Source: Histomonas meleagridis 2922-C6/04-290x (taxonomy: Eukaryota; Protista; Parabasalia). From it: a stretch of 64,000 nt of DNA. The stretch spans positions 28,964 through 92,963 of the forward strand of contig JAANOX010000151.1 in NCBI GenBank assembly GCA_020184695.1, read 5' to 3'. The translations under genes were made by a program, and so were the position numbers. Position 1 is the stretch's first letter, and every line of letters begins with the position of its first letter. Below the pieces are notes generated by a model, which saw only the letters and a list, made by a program, of their open reading frames with translations, was not told where the DNA came from and did no database searches. Shown here piece by piece: positions 10,536 to 25,500 of the stretch.

Positions 10536-13500
10536 CTATAGAGCTCCTGAAGCCATGTTAAACAAAACATTCCATTTTTCTTGGAATTCATTTTCATCGT
10601 ATTCATCATTGGAGTCCATAATTCTTTGTTTCATTAAATCCAAATCATTTTGTAATTGTCCATCGCCTTTAGTTCCAACTGTTTTTGCTTGTATTGCTTC
10701 TTCAAGTAATTTGTAATTTTCGATAAATTGTTGATATGTCGAAATATTTCCTATTTCGTTTAACGCATCTAAATCTTTTTTCATTAGAGAAACTTGTTTC
10801 TGTTTTACATCTGGCGCATTAATTAAATATGTTTCGTTAGGACAACTTCTGCTATATGGTGCGCCTACTGATAAATTAACTTCATTACTTTTATTGTTAA
10901 TTAAATATGTGGTAACATGTTTAAATTTGATTTTGTTTGCTTTCATTTTTTCATCTCCTGCTTGTACAGTTTCGAAAGGAACTTCTCCATCAGTAACAAT
11001 GATTAAATGATCATGATAATTTTCACCTGCAGTAACTACTATATCTGCAATAAGATCTGAATATGTTCCTTCATTACCATATTTATTATTCATAAAATCT
11101 TCCATTTGACTTCTTGTTTTTTCTTGAAGATGTTCTAAATTTGACCATATAAATATTTTATCGCCTGGTTTATATTCATTTTCGATAATTTTTCGGAGTT
11201 CTGAATGATAAAATATATTTCCGCGAACAGATCCAGAACAATCGATTGCAAATAATCGATGTTTTATTATATCAGAAAATCCATTCCATTTGATACCCTC
11301 GTGAACTGTATAAATAACTGCTTTTGGACGCCAATATTTAGGTTTAATATTTTTATCTCTGGAATGTACTTCAGGTCTTGCAGTCCATCCAGCAATATTT
11401 TGTATGTATTTAAATGTTCCATCTTTATTCATCTTAGTAAAACATTTTGTAAATCCACAATCAATTATAATATCGCCATAATCACATGTTACATGACTTG
11501 GATAAAATAATGAACTTATTCCACCAGATGAATCTCTAGAAAATGGAATAAATGGGCTCATCTTACTTTCATCTTGAACATATGAAATTGTAATTCCTTC
11601 AAATATTTTACCAAGATTATGAGCTAATGGAAATCTTTGAATTTCTTTAAATACTTTTGGATTTCGATTAAATGATTGTGGCTTTGATAATCCCCCTGTT
11701 TCATCACCAAATAATATTTTTCCTCCTTTATGTTCACCGCCAATTCTTAATTCGGAACATTTATCTTCTAATTCTTTAAAGCGTGCTTTCTGAAGGAATA
11801 AATTTACTTGATAATGAAGTGGATCTCCTTCAGCCCAAAAGACAATTGAACCGCCATTTTGCCAATACAAAATTAATACATCAATAAATTGTCCAACTAA
11901 ATTTGGATCTGCATGTGGATTATTTTGTTGTGGTAAAATTGGATATGGCGGCCCACATATTACCCATGTAGCATAATAATCACAGAAACCTTGTGTAGTT
12001 TGTTTCGTTAATTCTTGTATTGCATCATAATAATTTAATACAACTTTGATTTCAATACCAAAATATTCTACTGCTGTTTTAATACATTCAGTTTGACCAT
12101 CCTTCGGCTCAAATATGTATTTAGGATTTACATATTTTTTCTCTTTTCCGCTTAATTCATTTGACCATAACATTACAATTAATATTTTTTGTCCTTCCAA
12201 TAAATTTTTTGTATACATTTCGGTGTTCGGTCCTGTTGGATTTATAAATCCTTTTTCTGCATTTCCAACATCTTTTTCTTCATTATAAAAATCAGAAAAT
12301 GCATCAAGTGTTGGTATGATATCATGAAGTTCTTTTTTAAGTTCTGAAAACGGTGATAAATTATTTTGATTTCGTATTAAATCTTCAATTATTTTATGCA
12401 TTTCCATTTGATTAGGTTCAGAACCATGAATAAGACGTATTTCATCAAGTTTATCTAATGAATCATCACTAAAAAGTGATGCAATTGTTCTTAATAAAGA
12501 CAATGGATTTGGTGAATAAACAACTTGAGAAAATAAGTTTTCAATTCCTTTTGGATATATTCCAACACCTATACCAATTGTATTAATACCATATTGAACA
12601 CATAAATTAACTTCTTCAATAATTAATTTTCGTTCATTTTGTTGATATAATCCATCTGTAATGATAAATAATAAACTTGAATGATCTGTAGATTGTAATC
12701 TTTTTAAATCAAATGCTGTATGAATAGCTGATGCTAAATCGATATTAGTTTTAGGATTTTTTAAAATTGAAAATAAAGATTCCCAAAGTGGTGATTTTAT
12801 ATTTAATGCTTCAAATGTATTAATACCTGAACATAAAATGTTTGGTGCTGGTGATCCTGCAATAATTAAATTGAAACATGGTAAATCAATATTTGTTAAT
12901 ATTGATAAAAGATTTCGAATTGTTTGTATAGTATGAGCTTCAGAAAGTTCATTAAAACATGAAATAGATGGATCAATAATAATGGTTACATCATAATTAC
13001 GTTTTAATCCTCCTTTTTCTACTAAATATATTAAAGGATCTGGAACAGGATTTAATATATTTAATATTAATGCTGTAATATCAAAATCAGTACCTGTCGA
13101 TGATAATACTGATTGTGATGCTTTATTTGGTTTAAACACGGTTTCTAATGATGAATTATGAATTCTTTTGATTTCTATAAAATCATGAAGAAATGTTTCA
13201 AATTCTTTTTTATCATTCATCTTTGATATTGAAATAATTTTGTTAGTTTTGTTTCGATAATGTGACATTTCTAATTGATTAACGTGATTATTAACGGTAT
13301 TTAAAACATTTGTTCTTCCCGAATAAATACCTTCTAATTTAGTAAAATCTACATTTTTTAAAAGACTTTCAAAATGATTTATATCTTTTAATTCTGGTAT
13401 ATCTTCTGGTATTTCTGCAAGTGTAATTTCTTTATACTTAGGAGGTAATTGTTGACTTTCTTTACGTTCCATAACATCAGCAAACATGTTCAATAATGAA

Positions 13501-16500
13501 TTATCAATTTCTTCATTAAATTCGGCTTGTATTGGTGTTACTATGATTAGTGATTGTGCTTTATATTCTTTCGTTTCGTTTTCAAAGTTATGCCATTTTT
13601 CTTCAATAAATTCTAAGTTTTCTCCTTTGAGTTGTTTCGATTTAATAAAAATAAATCCATATGAAAAATTAGGATTTGATAATAACTTCGCCCATACTTT
13701 TGTCCGAACAAGATTTTCATCAATACCATCAGTAAATGTGAAAAATGCTACATTTGGTCTTGTTTCAAGAATTGATTTTGGAATAGAATCTATAGCAAAT
13801 TGAACGGAATTAATTAAATTAGTTCGATATCGTTTAATTAAGATACAATCTAAAATTCTTTGTAATATAATATATGAATGATTTTCTTCAAATGATTTAA
13901 TAACACATTTAAATCTTTCGTCTGCAATTAAAATTACTGAATATGGAATTTCCATTGAAGAAAGTGCACATGTTAATGCACAAATAATTAACATATTAAA
14001 TATTTTATTTTCATCTGATATAAATGAACTACAATCAACTAAAATATTTGCACATATATTCGAATATGGAATTGTACAATCTGATGCTACTTTAACGAAT
14101 AAAGAACTTAAATAATAACTTTGTTGAATAAGATCTTTTATAGTATAATTATTTGATTTCGGTATTAATAATTCATTTCTTATATTATATCCATTTGATT
14201 TCTGAATTACATTATCTTCTTCATTCTCCATACTTTTCATACGATTAATTACCCTTTCAATTCCATCCATTTCAGTAAATTGTGAAGTAATTCCATCAAA
14301 TTGTTCAGTTTCTATTCCACCTTTTGTGGTTTTTTGATTATCATAGATATAAAAATCTTTTCCTGAATCATTATTTTCATTATTTTCGTTTATATCTTCA
14401 GATTCTTTTTCTTTATTTATTACATTTTGATTCTCATTTATAATATTTTTATAATTAATTTCACTAAATTTTTGAATATTTTGTTGTTCATATACAATTG
14501 AATTATCATTTTCTTTCTTTTCCTGAATATCAAGTAATTTACTTTCAAATTTACTTTCTGTTCGTGTTTTCGTTTCAGTAACAAATAATTCATTTGAATT
14601 AAATATATTAATAGCTTTCGTATCATATTTCTGTTTTTCGGTATTTTCCCAATTTCTTTGTTCAATGAAAATTGGTTTCTTTTGAGGTAATTGAATGAAT
14701 TCTTTTGATATTCTTCTTGACGCTTTAATTACTTTTCGCGGTAAATTAATTTGACTAAAGTCAACACCTGCTCGACTTAATTTACTCGTAGTTAATTCAA
14801 ATGATTCACTAAAATCATTTATATAAGGTGATAAAAATGAGTGATCTTTTAATGGAAGTTCGCGATATATTTGTGTTAATTTTGAAAAATATTCTTGTGT
14901 TGATTTAAGATCCACCGTCTTCGAAGACATCTTTAAGTTTCTAATATGAATAGGAAGGACTTTTGCACCTTGAGTACATGTTTGATAAAATTGTATTAAA
15001 GAAGAAATCGTTTCATTATTTGAATCTTCTGGTATTGAAATTTTTGGTAATTCAATTTGAAGTTCATTAGAATCAATTGATGTGTCTTGATTTATTATTA
15101 TTGGCTTTATAATATCTCGTTCATCGAAATTATCCTTTTTCTCAGGTTTCTTAAATTCAGTAAGAAGGTAACATTTCGATCTTGAATCTTCAGTTGGAAT
15201 TTGTGTTAATAACTGTTTCTTTTCATTATAATCACGTTCTATATACACATTTCTATTGTAAATGATTGTATCGCTATTATTTATGGCACTTTGTTTGATT
15301 TCAAAATACTCATTACGAAGTTTTTGCATTTCTTCTTTAATTTGTTCATTTGATGGTGCTTGATATAACATAAAGTTTCTTTTTTCTAAACTTTCGTATC
15401 TTTCTTTAAAAATCTTATAAAATTTAAATATATAATTACATGCATATACTTTTAAGATTAAATCTTTTTTCTGAATTCCTTTTGGAATTGAAAACATATT
15501 CTGATTTTGTAACATTTCTTGAAGTTCATTTGGTAATATTTTGATTAAGTTATATATATTATACATTTTCTTTCTAGTTTTCAGAATTAACATAAAAATG
15601 AAATTTGAAAAATCTCTTTTTCTTAATTGAACATTCTTCAAATCAGTGTATTTTTTAACAGCAAATTGACTTTTTATCTTTGTTAATATTTCAGTTGCTT
15701 TTTCAATGTTTTCATTCTTTGGTTCTAATTCATCCAAATCTTGATCAATTTCAGGATAAATTGTAAATGCAGGGAACCATTGTTCTTTCTTATCAAAACC
15801 GATTATAGGAAAATAATCATGATTGAATCTTTTGTATTGTGGATCATTATTTTTTTCATAGGAACCTTCTTTACATCCATGAACATAAGTGATTTCTCCC
15901 TTAGAAACGTTAATTATATCATCATTGTAGGAAATCTTTGGATTTGTTTCTAACTCAAAACCAAAAGGTGTAATTAAACAAGATACTTTAGTGAGATCTA
16001 GTTGGTTATTTATTGTTATTTTTTCCCATTTTTCTTCATAAAATGCTAAAATAGGAAATCTTTTCATTATATCTTCATCTAATTTTTTGTTGTAAGGTAT
16101 AATGTTCTTTGTATTTCTTGAATCTTTAGAGTAGAGAACACTTTTTGGTGCTTCTTGGAATTTTACGTATATCATTTTTTTCATGTTACGTGATTCTATC
16201 ATAATATAATATTTACAATTTGAATTAGAATTAACATTGTTTAGATTTTGTGGATCTATTTTTATTATTATGTCAAAATCAAATTTTTGTTGAATAAATA
16301 TTTCTGGGATTACGGGAATGTTGGTGCCATATGGTAAATTACAATCAAAATTCCCATTTTGCTTTCCAATCCAAAGTTTACTTAAAATTCTGCAACGTAA
16401 TTGAAATTCTTTAACTTCTTCAGAATAATATAAGATCAATTCTTTATCAGCAAACTTCTTGTTTGAAAAATCATAAATTTCGAATTTGAAATCAAATGGA

Positions 16501-19500
16501 ACCAGCAATAAATCCATATGAATACAAATCTCTAAATTTGCTGAAAATTTCAAATAAAAATTACAATGGAATCGAGACATTTTAGATGCTGAAGGAAGCT
16601 TAATCGTTACTTGATCTTCATTTGGTTCTATTTGTGGTTTATCAGATGTATTACCTTCGAGACTTTCTATATTTGTTTCATAATTCATTTTTTCTTCAAG
16701 ATAATAATTTTTGAATTTAAATGTAATCGTTGAATTTGTTAAAGCTTCTTGACAACATAATTGATATCTTCCATCTTTATATGATAAATCATATTCTTCA
16801 CATTTAATAAGTAATGATAATGGAACAAGAATAAAATTAAATTTACATGGAAGAATTAATTCATTATATGTTTGCGATGTAAAATGAATTTCAGTTTGAA
16901 TTTCGATTTCTGTTTTATCATTGTTTATAAGTGAAGGAAATGGTACTGGAAGATGAACGACTTCTCCTCGTTTAATATTATAATTAGCGTTGAAAATATC
17001 TGAATATTCTTCTTGATTAGTTATAACATTAATTGAAAATGATTTATCAATAAATGAAATAAAATTAATGAAAATTTTTTCTTCATACAATGATGGTATT
17101 ATTGGGCCAATTGGACAATTAAGCGACTTAAAACAACAGATAATTTTATTATTCGAAGAAACACTTAAAATGGGAATAGAAAAGAAGTTAGAATCAGCAA
17201 TATTTCGAAATGATGGAATATTTTTCTCTGATATTAATGATGGAAATGGAATATTATAAAGAATAGAAAACATTTTCGGTAATTTATTTTGATAAACATC
17301 ATTCCAATATTTTTCAACATCATTGATAATATTTATAAAATTATCAATATAACCAAGAAATTGATCTAATGTTTCGTTAAGTTTGCTAATTTCAGTCTGG
17401 ATTTCAGCTTTATAATTTGACGAATCTAAAATGATGACATTTGAATTTTGGAGTGCTTTTATAGATTTATACAATTCTCTTGGAATAGCTAAAATAGTTT
17501 CGTTCAAATTTTCTAAATTTTCAAAAGCATTAAATAAATCTTTTATAGATCTCATTTTTTGTTTAAATTCTACGAGAAGTTTTGTAAATTCACAGCAATT
17601 GTAAGAACCTATAAAAATTTGGGGGTCAAATTGTTTGAAAGATTCATTAGGAAAGAATTCCTCATAATTAATATTTTCAGCAATTGGATAATATTCTGAT
17701 GGGATATCTAACAGATCAGTGTGACATGGAATAGTCTTAATTAATGTTTTTTTATTTGAAGAACTTTTATCAAATAATTTATTGTATCCTTTAATTGCTT
17801 GATATGCTTTATCTATGTTTGTTTGTAATATTTTATCGTCTGGCATATTAAATAATTTCTCATAACTTGATACCTTTTTTTTTAATTCTTTGATTTTTTT
17901 ATTTCTTTCATTTTCATAGTGTTCTTTCTTTATATTATTCAATGCTTCAGCAATAGTCTGAGTAAAACTTTCAACAAATTTAGGGAAATCACTTTTTTGC
18001 ACTTCAAGAAATTCTAATAGTTTAATTGATGGTTCTTTAGTTTTAATCTCCTTAAATTTATTTATTGTATTTATCTTAATTTTTTCTTTAACATATTTAT
18101 TTGGATCGATTATAAATTTTAATGTTTCATTTTTAGAATTCGTTTTTGAATTAATAATATCATTAATATTATTATCAAAAGTCAAATTTACAATTTCATT
18201 AATAAACTCTTTAATTATGTTATGTTTTTGTTGATTTAAAACTTCATTTAATTTGATATTATCTTCTGATAAAGAACGCCATAAACTATAAAGTAATCCT
18301 ATATCTTGATCAATAAATTCATGAGGTACTGCTGATAGCAAAAGATTTAGCCATTTAGTTCCAATTTCCTGATTATTTAATCTTTCTTTTATTTTTTTTA
18401 ATATTGATTTATGTAATTCTTCACTAATGATTTTGTTTGTTGTTGTTGGATTGTTGAAATCTAAAGAAATTATATTAATTGGAGAGATAAGTCTTAAAAC
18501 AAAAATCCAAAATGGCATTTTATTTTTTTGTGATTTAATTTTGTTAATTTGAGATGAATAAAGCTTTTGAAGTTGTTTTGCACATTTTTGATTTCTGCAT
18601 AACCAATAAATTAATGATGGATTCTTATTAATATATTCTTTATTCTTCATCCAATTATCTTCAAGAAATATAATATCAGGAAACTCAAGTTGATATTCTT
18701 GAATGTTATCAAATCTTTCTGCAATTTCAAACATATATAAAATGGATGAAAGAAGTTCTTGTTCTGAGTCTTTTCTGTCTGCTACTTTTTCTCGAATTGA
18801 TTCTTTAAATTCGAAAATATCATTTGGTGCTTGGAAGTTAAAATCATATAAATTACGATATATTGATTTAGCAACCTCGATAGCACATTTGGAAAATTTC
18901 CTGAAATTTTGATGGCGAATGAATTTTAATGAATCAATTATTTCGTTTTTATTACAATTTTGTATAAATAAACCATTTTGTACTTCATTTTCATTGATGA
19001 AGTTAATAAACATAAAAATAAGATCCATAGGTTTAAATTTTGGTAAAATAATTTCAAAGTTAATTTCAGTTTTTCTTCCAATGTCATGAGCCCATTTAAT
19101 TTCACCTTCTGTGACTTCGTTTCTATTTGCAAGATCATTTAATATTTTATCAAGCTTAAGGATTTCTGAGTCTACATTATCTTGATGCATTTTATATAGA
19201 AATGCAGCATTTAATGTAGAGCTTATTATATCAAAATCAGTATCTTTCATATTTCCATTGGAATTTGGATTATTGAATATGCAACTAATTAAATATTTAT
19301 GAACAGATTCCATTTCTGGAAATTCATTTAAATCCATTATTGTTTCAAATATATTGGAATTATTTACATCAATAATTTCCATAAATTTCCTGTGGATTTT
19401 AGAATACCATACAATATTTTCATAAATTTTCATTTGCCTTGTGTTTGTTCCATTTGTTGATCCTAATGGTGTATATGTTGGCCATTCAATAGAATGAAAG

Positions 19501-22500
19501 TTAAGTGATTCACCATGTTTAATATATTCTAAAAGTTTGTTTACCATTCGTTCACATAATTTATAATATTTCTCTGTTATATTTTGATCAGAAACATTAA
19601 TAAGTCTTGTAATTATTTGATCTTTTATTGATTTGATTTCTCGATTTTGAATTTCAATATCTTTAAGCTTTTCACTAAGACTTTCAATATTACTTCTAAT
19701 TAATTTTTTTTCATCATCTTTACAAAATTGAATAATCAATTCTTTTAATGGAATCTTTGATTTTTCTAAAAGTTGTATATAATCATTTGGATTCCAAAAT
19801 GTTTTATCAACATTGTTAATAATCTTTATCTCGTTTTCGATTTGTGAAATTTCATTTTTTGCATCTGTTTCATTCATAATTTGTCTATGTTCATAAAAAT
19901 TAATTTTAATTCTCCATAAAATTGAATTTGGACTTCCAAATGAAATAAGTGATTTTGTAAAGTCAATTATTTTATTTAAATTTTCATACGTTTCGATTTT
20001 ACTTAATATTATTGAAAGATCATTAAGTATTTCTGATTCAAGTGGGTGAAGATATTTTATCAATTTTTGTATATCTTCTGATGAAAATGTATAAATCAAA
20101 GTCCATAATTTACTTATCATTGGTGTTTGTTGATGTTTTTTAAAATACAAATTGAATAATAATGATAAACTTCCAAATTGATTCTTTCGAGGATTTTCTG
20201 CTCCACTTTTGATATATTTATTTGCTGATTCTTTAATATTATCCTCATTCATTCTAAGTTGATTTAAACTAAATTCTTTGCATAACATATATGTTGCTTG
20301 ATTTAATTTTTCATAAAGATCTGATCCAATATTATTATTATTATTTATGAGTGATATATATTTTTTACCATAATTGATTTTTGTTTGTGGTGAAAGCAAT
20401 AAAGAATTCTCTTCATTAAATACAAAAATTGGGTTAATTTTATTTTTTAAATTCTTATAATTAAATTTATATGTTTTTCCTTTAATTTCGATTGAAAAAT
20501 GTATCTTTTTTTCATGTAATATTCTGATTAATGGTAACCAATAGCAAATATATTGAAAAGATGTAGAAATAAACTTATTGTATGGGAAAATACTTTCAAT
20601 TGTAGGTATTAATTTCTTATTCTTCTTTAAATTAGAAATAAATTTATCAAATGTTTCAAGTTTTTGTTCATTTGCCATCTCATCAATAATATTAATAATA
20701 TTAAACATACCTTTTCTAATTAATTCAAATGGAATATATTTCGTGAAATATGAATCTTCTTCAACAAGTTTTGTTAATAAATGAAATCTTAAAATTGGTT
20801 TTTGAATACTTTCATATGAAAGTAAATCTTCATCTTGAAGTTTATAATTTGAAATGGTTTGAACCCTGATTTGCTTGAATCCTTCCATTATTTCTTCAAA
20901 TATTTTGTAAATTATATTAATTAGATAAAACTTTCCACAATATAATTTGGTTTCATCTTTTCTAATTTGTTTCTTATTGATAAAATTATTTATCATTTCT
21001 ATTGTTTTCTTTATGTGTTTTTGAATTGATTCAATATCATTTATTTGAATAAATTTACAATTTTTAACAAAATTATTAAATAAGAAATTATCAAATGGTG
21101 TTTTGTTTCGAATATACATTTGAATTTGGCGGATAAATTCAAGAATTTCTTTACAACGCTCTTTTAAATTTGATGAATCTATAGATTTAATTAAATTTTG
21201 TGATGGATTATTTGCAAAATAATCTATTAAATCATTTTGAAATTGTAGTCTTTTATCTCCTTGATCAATAAGAGAATTACAATAAATTTTTATTGATTTA
21301 CAAATCGGAAGATAAATATCTCTAATATAATTTTCTTTATTTTCTTTTTGTTGTTGAATGAAATTTAATATAATATATTTTAATGTTCTACCTGTAAATG
21401 TAATATCTCCTGCAAATAAATCACGATTATTATCACTTACATGTTTTGCAAATGAATGCATAAGTGCCATTCTTGCTCCAATTTGAATAGAAAGTTCTGG
21501 ATATAAATTTTTAACTAAAGAACCATATAAAATTTGTGCTGAATATTCTTCTCTTGAATCAATTTGTGGAAGTGTAAATGAAACACATTTATTTAAGAAA
21601 GATTGATCAATCATTTTATTTTCATTCGTTGATGTTGGATTATAGATTATAATTAAACGAAAATCTTTATGAATTGGCTTTGAATTAGGTTTTCCATTCT
21701 TTGTGAAATAATAATCTTGTCCACATTCATATAGATTAAGTTCTGGATCATCACCACATAAAGAAGAAATTTTTTCTGCGATAACAGTTGGTGCAGATTC
21801 TATTCCATCAATTAAAATTATTTCGCCATTTTGAATAGCTTTAACAATAGTAGAATCAACATGATGAAATCTATTTGCTGGTTGAATAACATTTTTAATA
21901 TCTCTTACTGCTGTTTGAATAAAGTTTTGCTTATATTCATCAAAATCTTTTAATGAATTTTTTTTAATTAATTCAAGAAGATCTTTGAAAATTTTTGGTG
22001 TCCAATATTTAGGATTTTCATTAATGTTTTCCTCAATATATTCTTTAAATTGATCAAATTCAGAAAGTTTCGCAATTGTTTGTTTTAATAAATGAATATC
22101 CTCCCTTGTTAAAGAATTATCAAGAATAGATTGACCTATTAATGCAGAAATTCCTGTGTCAGCATTCATTTGATATACATTTAATTTCCTTCCAATCATT
22201 TTAGTAAATAATCGAACAATATGTGATTTACCTGATGCAGTATTTCCTTGTATAACACATGCACGATTTGTAAGATAAGAAAATGCTAAAAATAATAAAC
22301 AATGTTTTTGTGCTAATGTAAGACTTTTAATATTTGCTTGAATTTCTTCTTGATTAATATTCTTTGTTTCTATTGGAATTTTAATCACATGCTTATTATC
22401 TCCTGTTAAACAAATTATTAATTCATTTGAATCATATTTAAAAACAGGATTAAATTTCATATCTTTCATTTGAAGTGATGTTAAAACTTGTTGAATATCT

Positions 22501-25500
22501 TCTTCTTGTGTAAAACGATATGCAAATATCATTTGTGATATAATTATTTTTTTAAAACATTTATATGTAATATTCCTAAATAAAATATATTTTGATATAT
22601 CATTCAATGTTAAGTTTTGATTTAAATTAAATTTATTACATATGCGATTCGTTTTCAAAAAATATTCATAGAATTTAGATGCTTCATTACAAAATTGATA
22701 TGTTGAAAATTGTTTCGCAATAATATTAGAAATATCTTCTTTTGTTGGATTGAAAACAATATGATAAATCGATGAAATAATAAGTGATGAAGGTAATCTA
22801 TAACGATTAGAAAATCCGTTTTGTGGATCAAAAATAGCTATAAGATTCATTTCTCCTTTATCGATAGTTGTGCCATTTGGTAATAAAACATGTTTCTGAT
22901 TCGTATCAAAAATATTTACCATTAATTCTAATACTGCTGGTGATGCATTATTTATATTATGAAATACTATAATAATTTTTGTTTCATTTGATTTTATAGC
23001 TTTAACAAGTTTGGTTTCAATCATATTAACATGAATTTTGTTTTCGTTATCTCTATTAATAGTTATTCTTCCTAATAAATCATCAACTTTTGTAGATTGT
23101 GAAATAATTATATTAACAACTTCATAACCTAAACTATTTCCAATATAATTAATCGCTGTTTCTTTACCTTGACCTGGTTGGCCTTCAAATATGACTGGAA
23201 TATGTGTAAATATCCCTAACTGTAAAACATCAAGCATTTCTGTAAATTTGCCGGTAAATTCAATATTTCGATTGTTCGTACTTTTAATAAATAATCCTGT
23301 AATTTTCGATTTTAATCCTTGATATCCATTCTCTTCGCATAAAATAAATGGATTTTCATTAAAATCTTCTAATAATTCTGGTAATTTTATCTTTAATTTA
23401 AATAATTCGAAAAGTTTTTCCCTTTGTTTTTGATGCTCTAGTAAACCTGAACATAAACGATAAATAATCAATCCAAGATTAATTGATACTTTAGAAGAAT
23501 TTGTTTCATGAGGAAATTTATTTAACATTTCTATAGCTTTAAGCATTTGAGGAAATGTAAATTGCTTTTGGAATTTTTCTTCAAATTCAGTAGAAATGTC
23601 TTGTATAAAATCAATTTCTAGATCACTACATTTTAATTTATTGATTCTTATGTAATTTTTAAGAACTGATTTTTGTTCTTTCTGTTGATATTCTGGAACT
23701 GAAATAACTGTAAAACGTGATAATACTGCTTCTGAGAGTTTAACTGGGGAATTCGCTGGACATGTAGCAATAATTCGAAAACTTTGATTAAAATCTGTTA
23801 TTTCTTTGTTTTTTTTACTCGTAAATGTGTTGTGAATATCTTCATTTAATGTTAAATTATGATTCCCTGATAATAATTCGTTAAATCTTTCTAAAACAAT
23901 TGTTGGAAGATTAGATAAATTTTTTAATATTAGTGATTTCCTTTCAAGGATTGCTGTTAAAAATAATCCTGGTCTAAATTCAAGTGTAATGTTTGAAATA
24001 ACACAATTGTTTTCCTTTTCTTTTGCAAAAAGCTTTTTAATTAAATGATTAACTGCATATTTAAATGATTTTGGTATAATATTCATTATATCTTTTATAA
24101 GATCTGTAATATCTTTTTCTTTAAGTGTTTTATTTAATAATTTATTTTTAAGTTCTTGATATTTATTTATTTGACATATTTTACATATATTTTCTAAATA
24201 AAATAATCTTGATTCAATATCTGTAAAGAAGCTGGATGATCCAAGTAATTGTGATATTGTTGTTTCTTGATTTAATGTAATTACTTTGGCTTCCATTAAA
24301 AATTGTTGTGCTAAAAATGTCTTAAATCCTGAATTACCCATTAATAATATTGGCTCTGTTATATCAGATAATAATAATTTAAAAGCACAATTTAATAAAG
24401 ATTTATGCTTTTTAGTTAAACTTTCGGTTTTCATTTTTGAAGGAAATACTTCAAATGAAATTCCCGTATTTCCTTTCATAATAAATGATTCTCCATTTAT
24501 TTTAGTTATTGTAGGTTTTGATATATAACAATTCTTTAATTCTTGACGCTTATCTTTAATTGAAAATTCGCCAACAATCAAGTTTAATATATCATCTATT
24601 ATTTTATCTATTTCAATATCACTAACTGGTGATAATGTATAAAATAAAATATGATGATAAAATGTTAAATTTTGATAATAATTTTCTGGATTCATATCTT
24701 GTCGATGAATACGAATAAATAATTTAGTAATATCACGAAGTGACCATTGTGGGATAATATTTTGTTTTAATTTATTTAATTCAATCATATATTCACCAAT
24801 ACGTTTTGCATTTTCTTCATTAATTAATGTAGGTTTCGCATCTTTATAACAACTATTTAAGATTTCAACACAAATATTTGAAATATCTTCCTTTTCTTGT
24901 TTTGGATATGTAAAATATCTAAATCTAGATGAAATAGAATCTGGAATTGCATTGCGACCAATAGTACCAAGTTCATTTTGACATGCAATAAAGAAGAATT
25001 CTTCATTAAAAGGTATAGATTCTCCAACTCCTGATATAAATATTCTCTTTCCTTTACTTGGTTCAAGAGCTGGTGCTAGTGATTTCATACATTCTGATGA
25101 GGATAAATTCATTTCATCTGCAATAAATGTTAAACCTTCCATCATTGATAAAGTTAATGGTCCATCATAAAAATAAACTTTCCCTTTTTTAATTGTAGTT
25201 GTACCATAAAAATGACTTGGCTTAGTCCCTGAATGAAATGAATGCATTTGAAATCCATTTTCTCTTTCGGATTTAATTGGACGAATTTTAGAAAATGCTC
25301 TTGCAGCTGATGTTTTACCTGCACCTGTAGGACCTGAAACACATACAGGTAAACCAATAAGTGATGCTGCATATATTTTCGCTATAAATTCACTAAGAGG
25401 TTTAGAATTTTTAAAAAAGAACTGATTATCATCAGATTCTTTTAATTCATGAATTAAATATTCTCTAATGGTTTCATTGAGTTGAAAATCTTCTGTTCGA

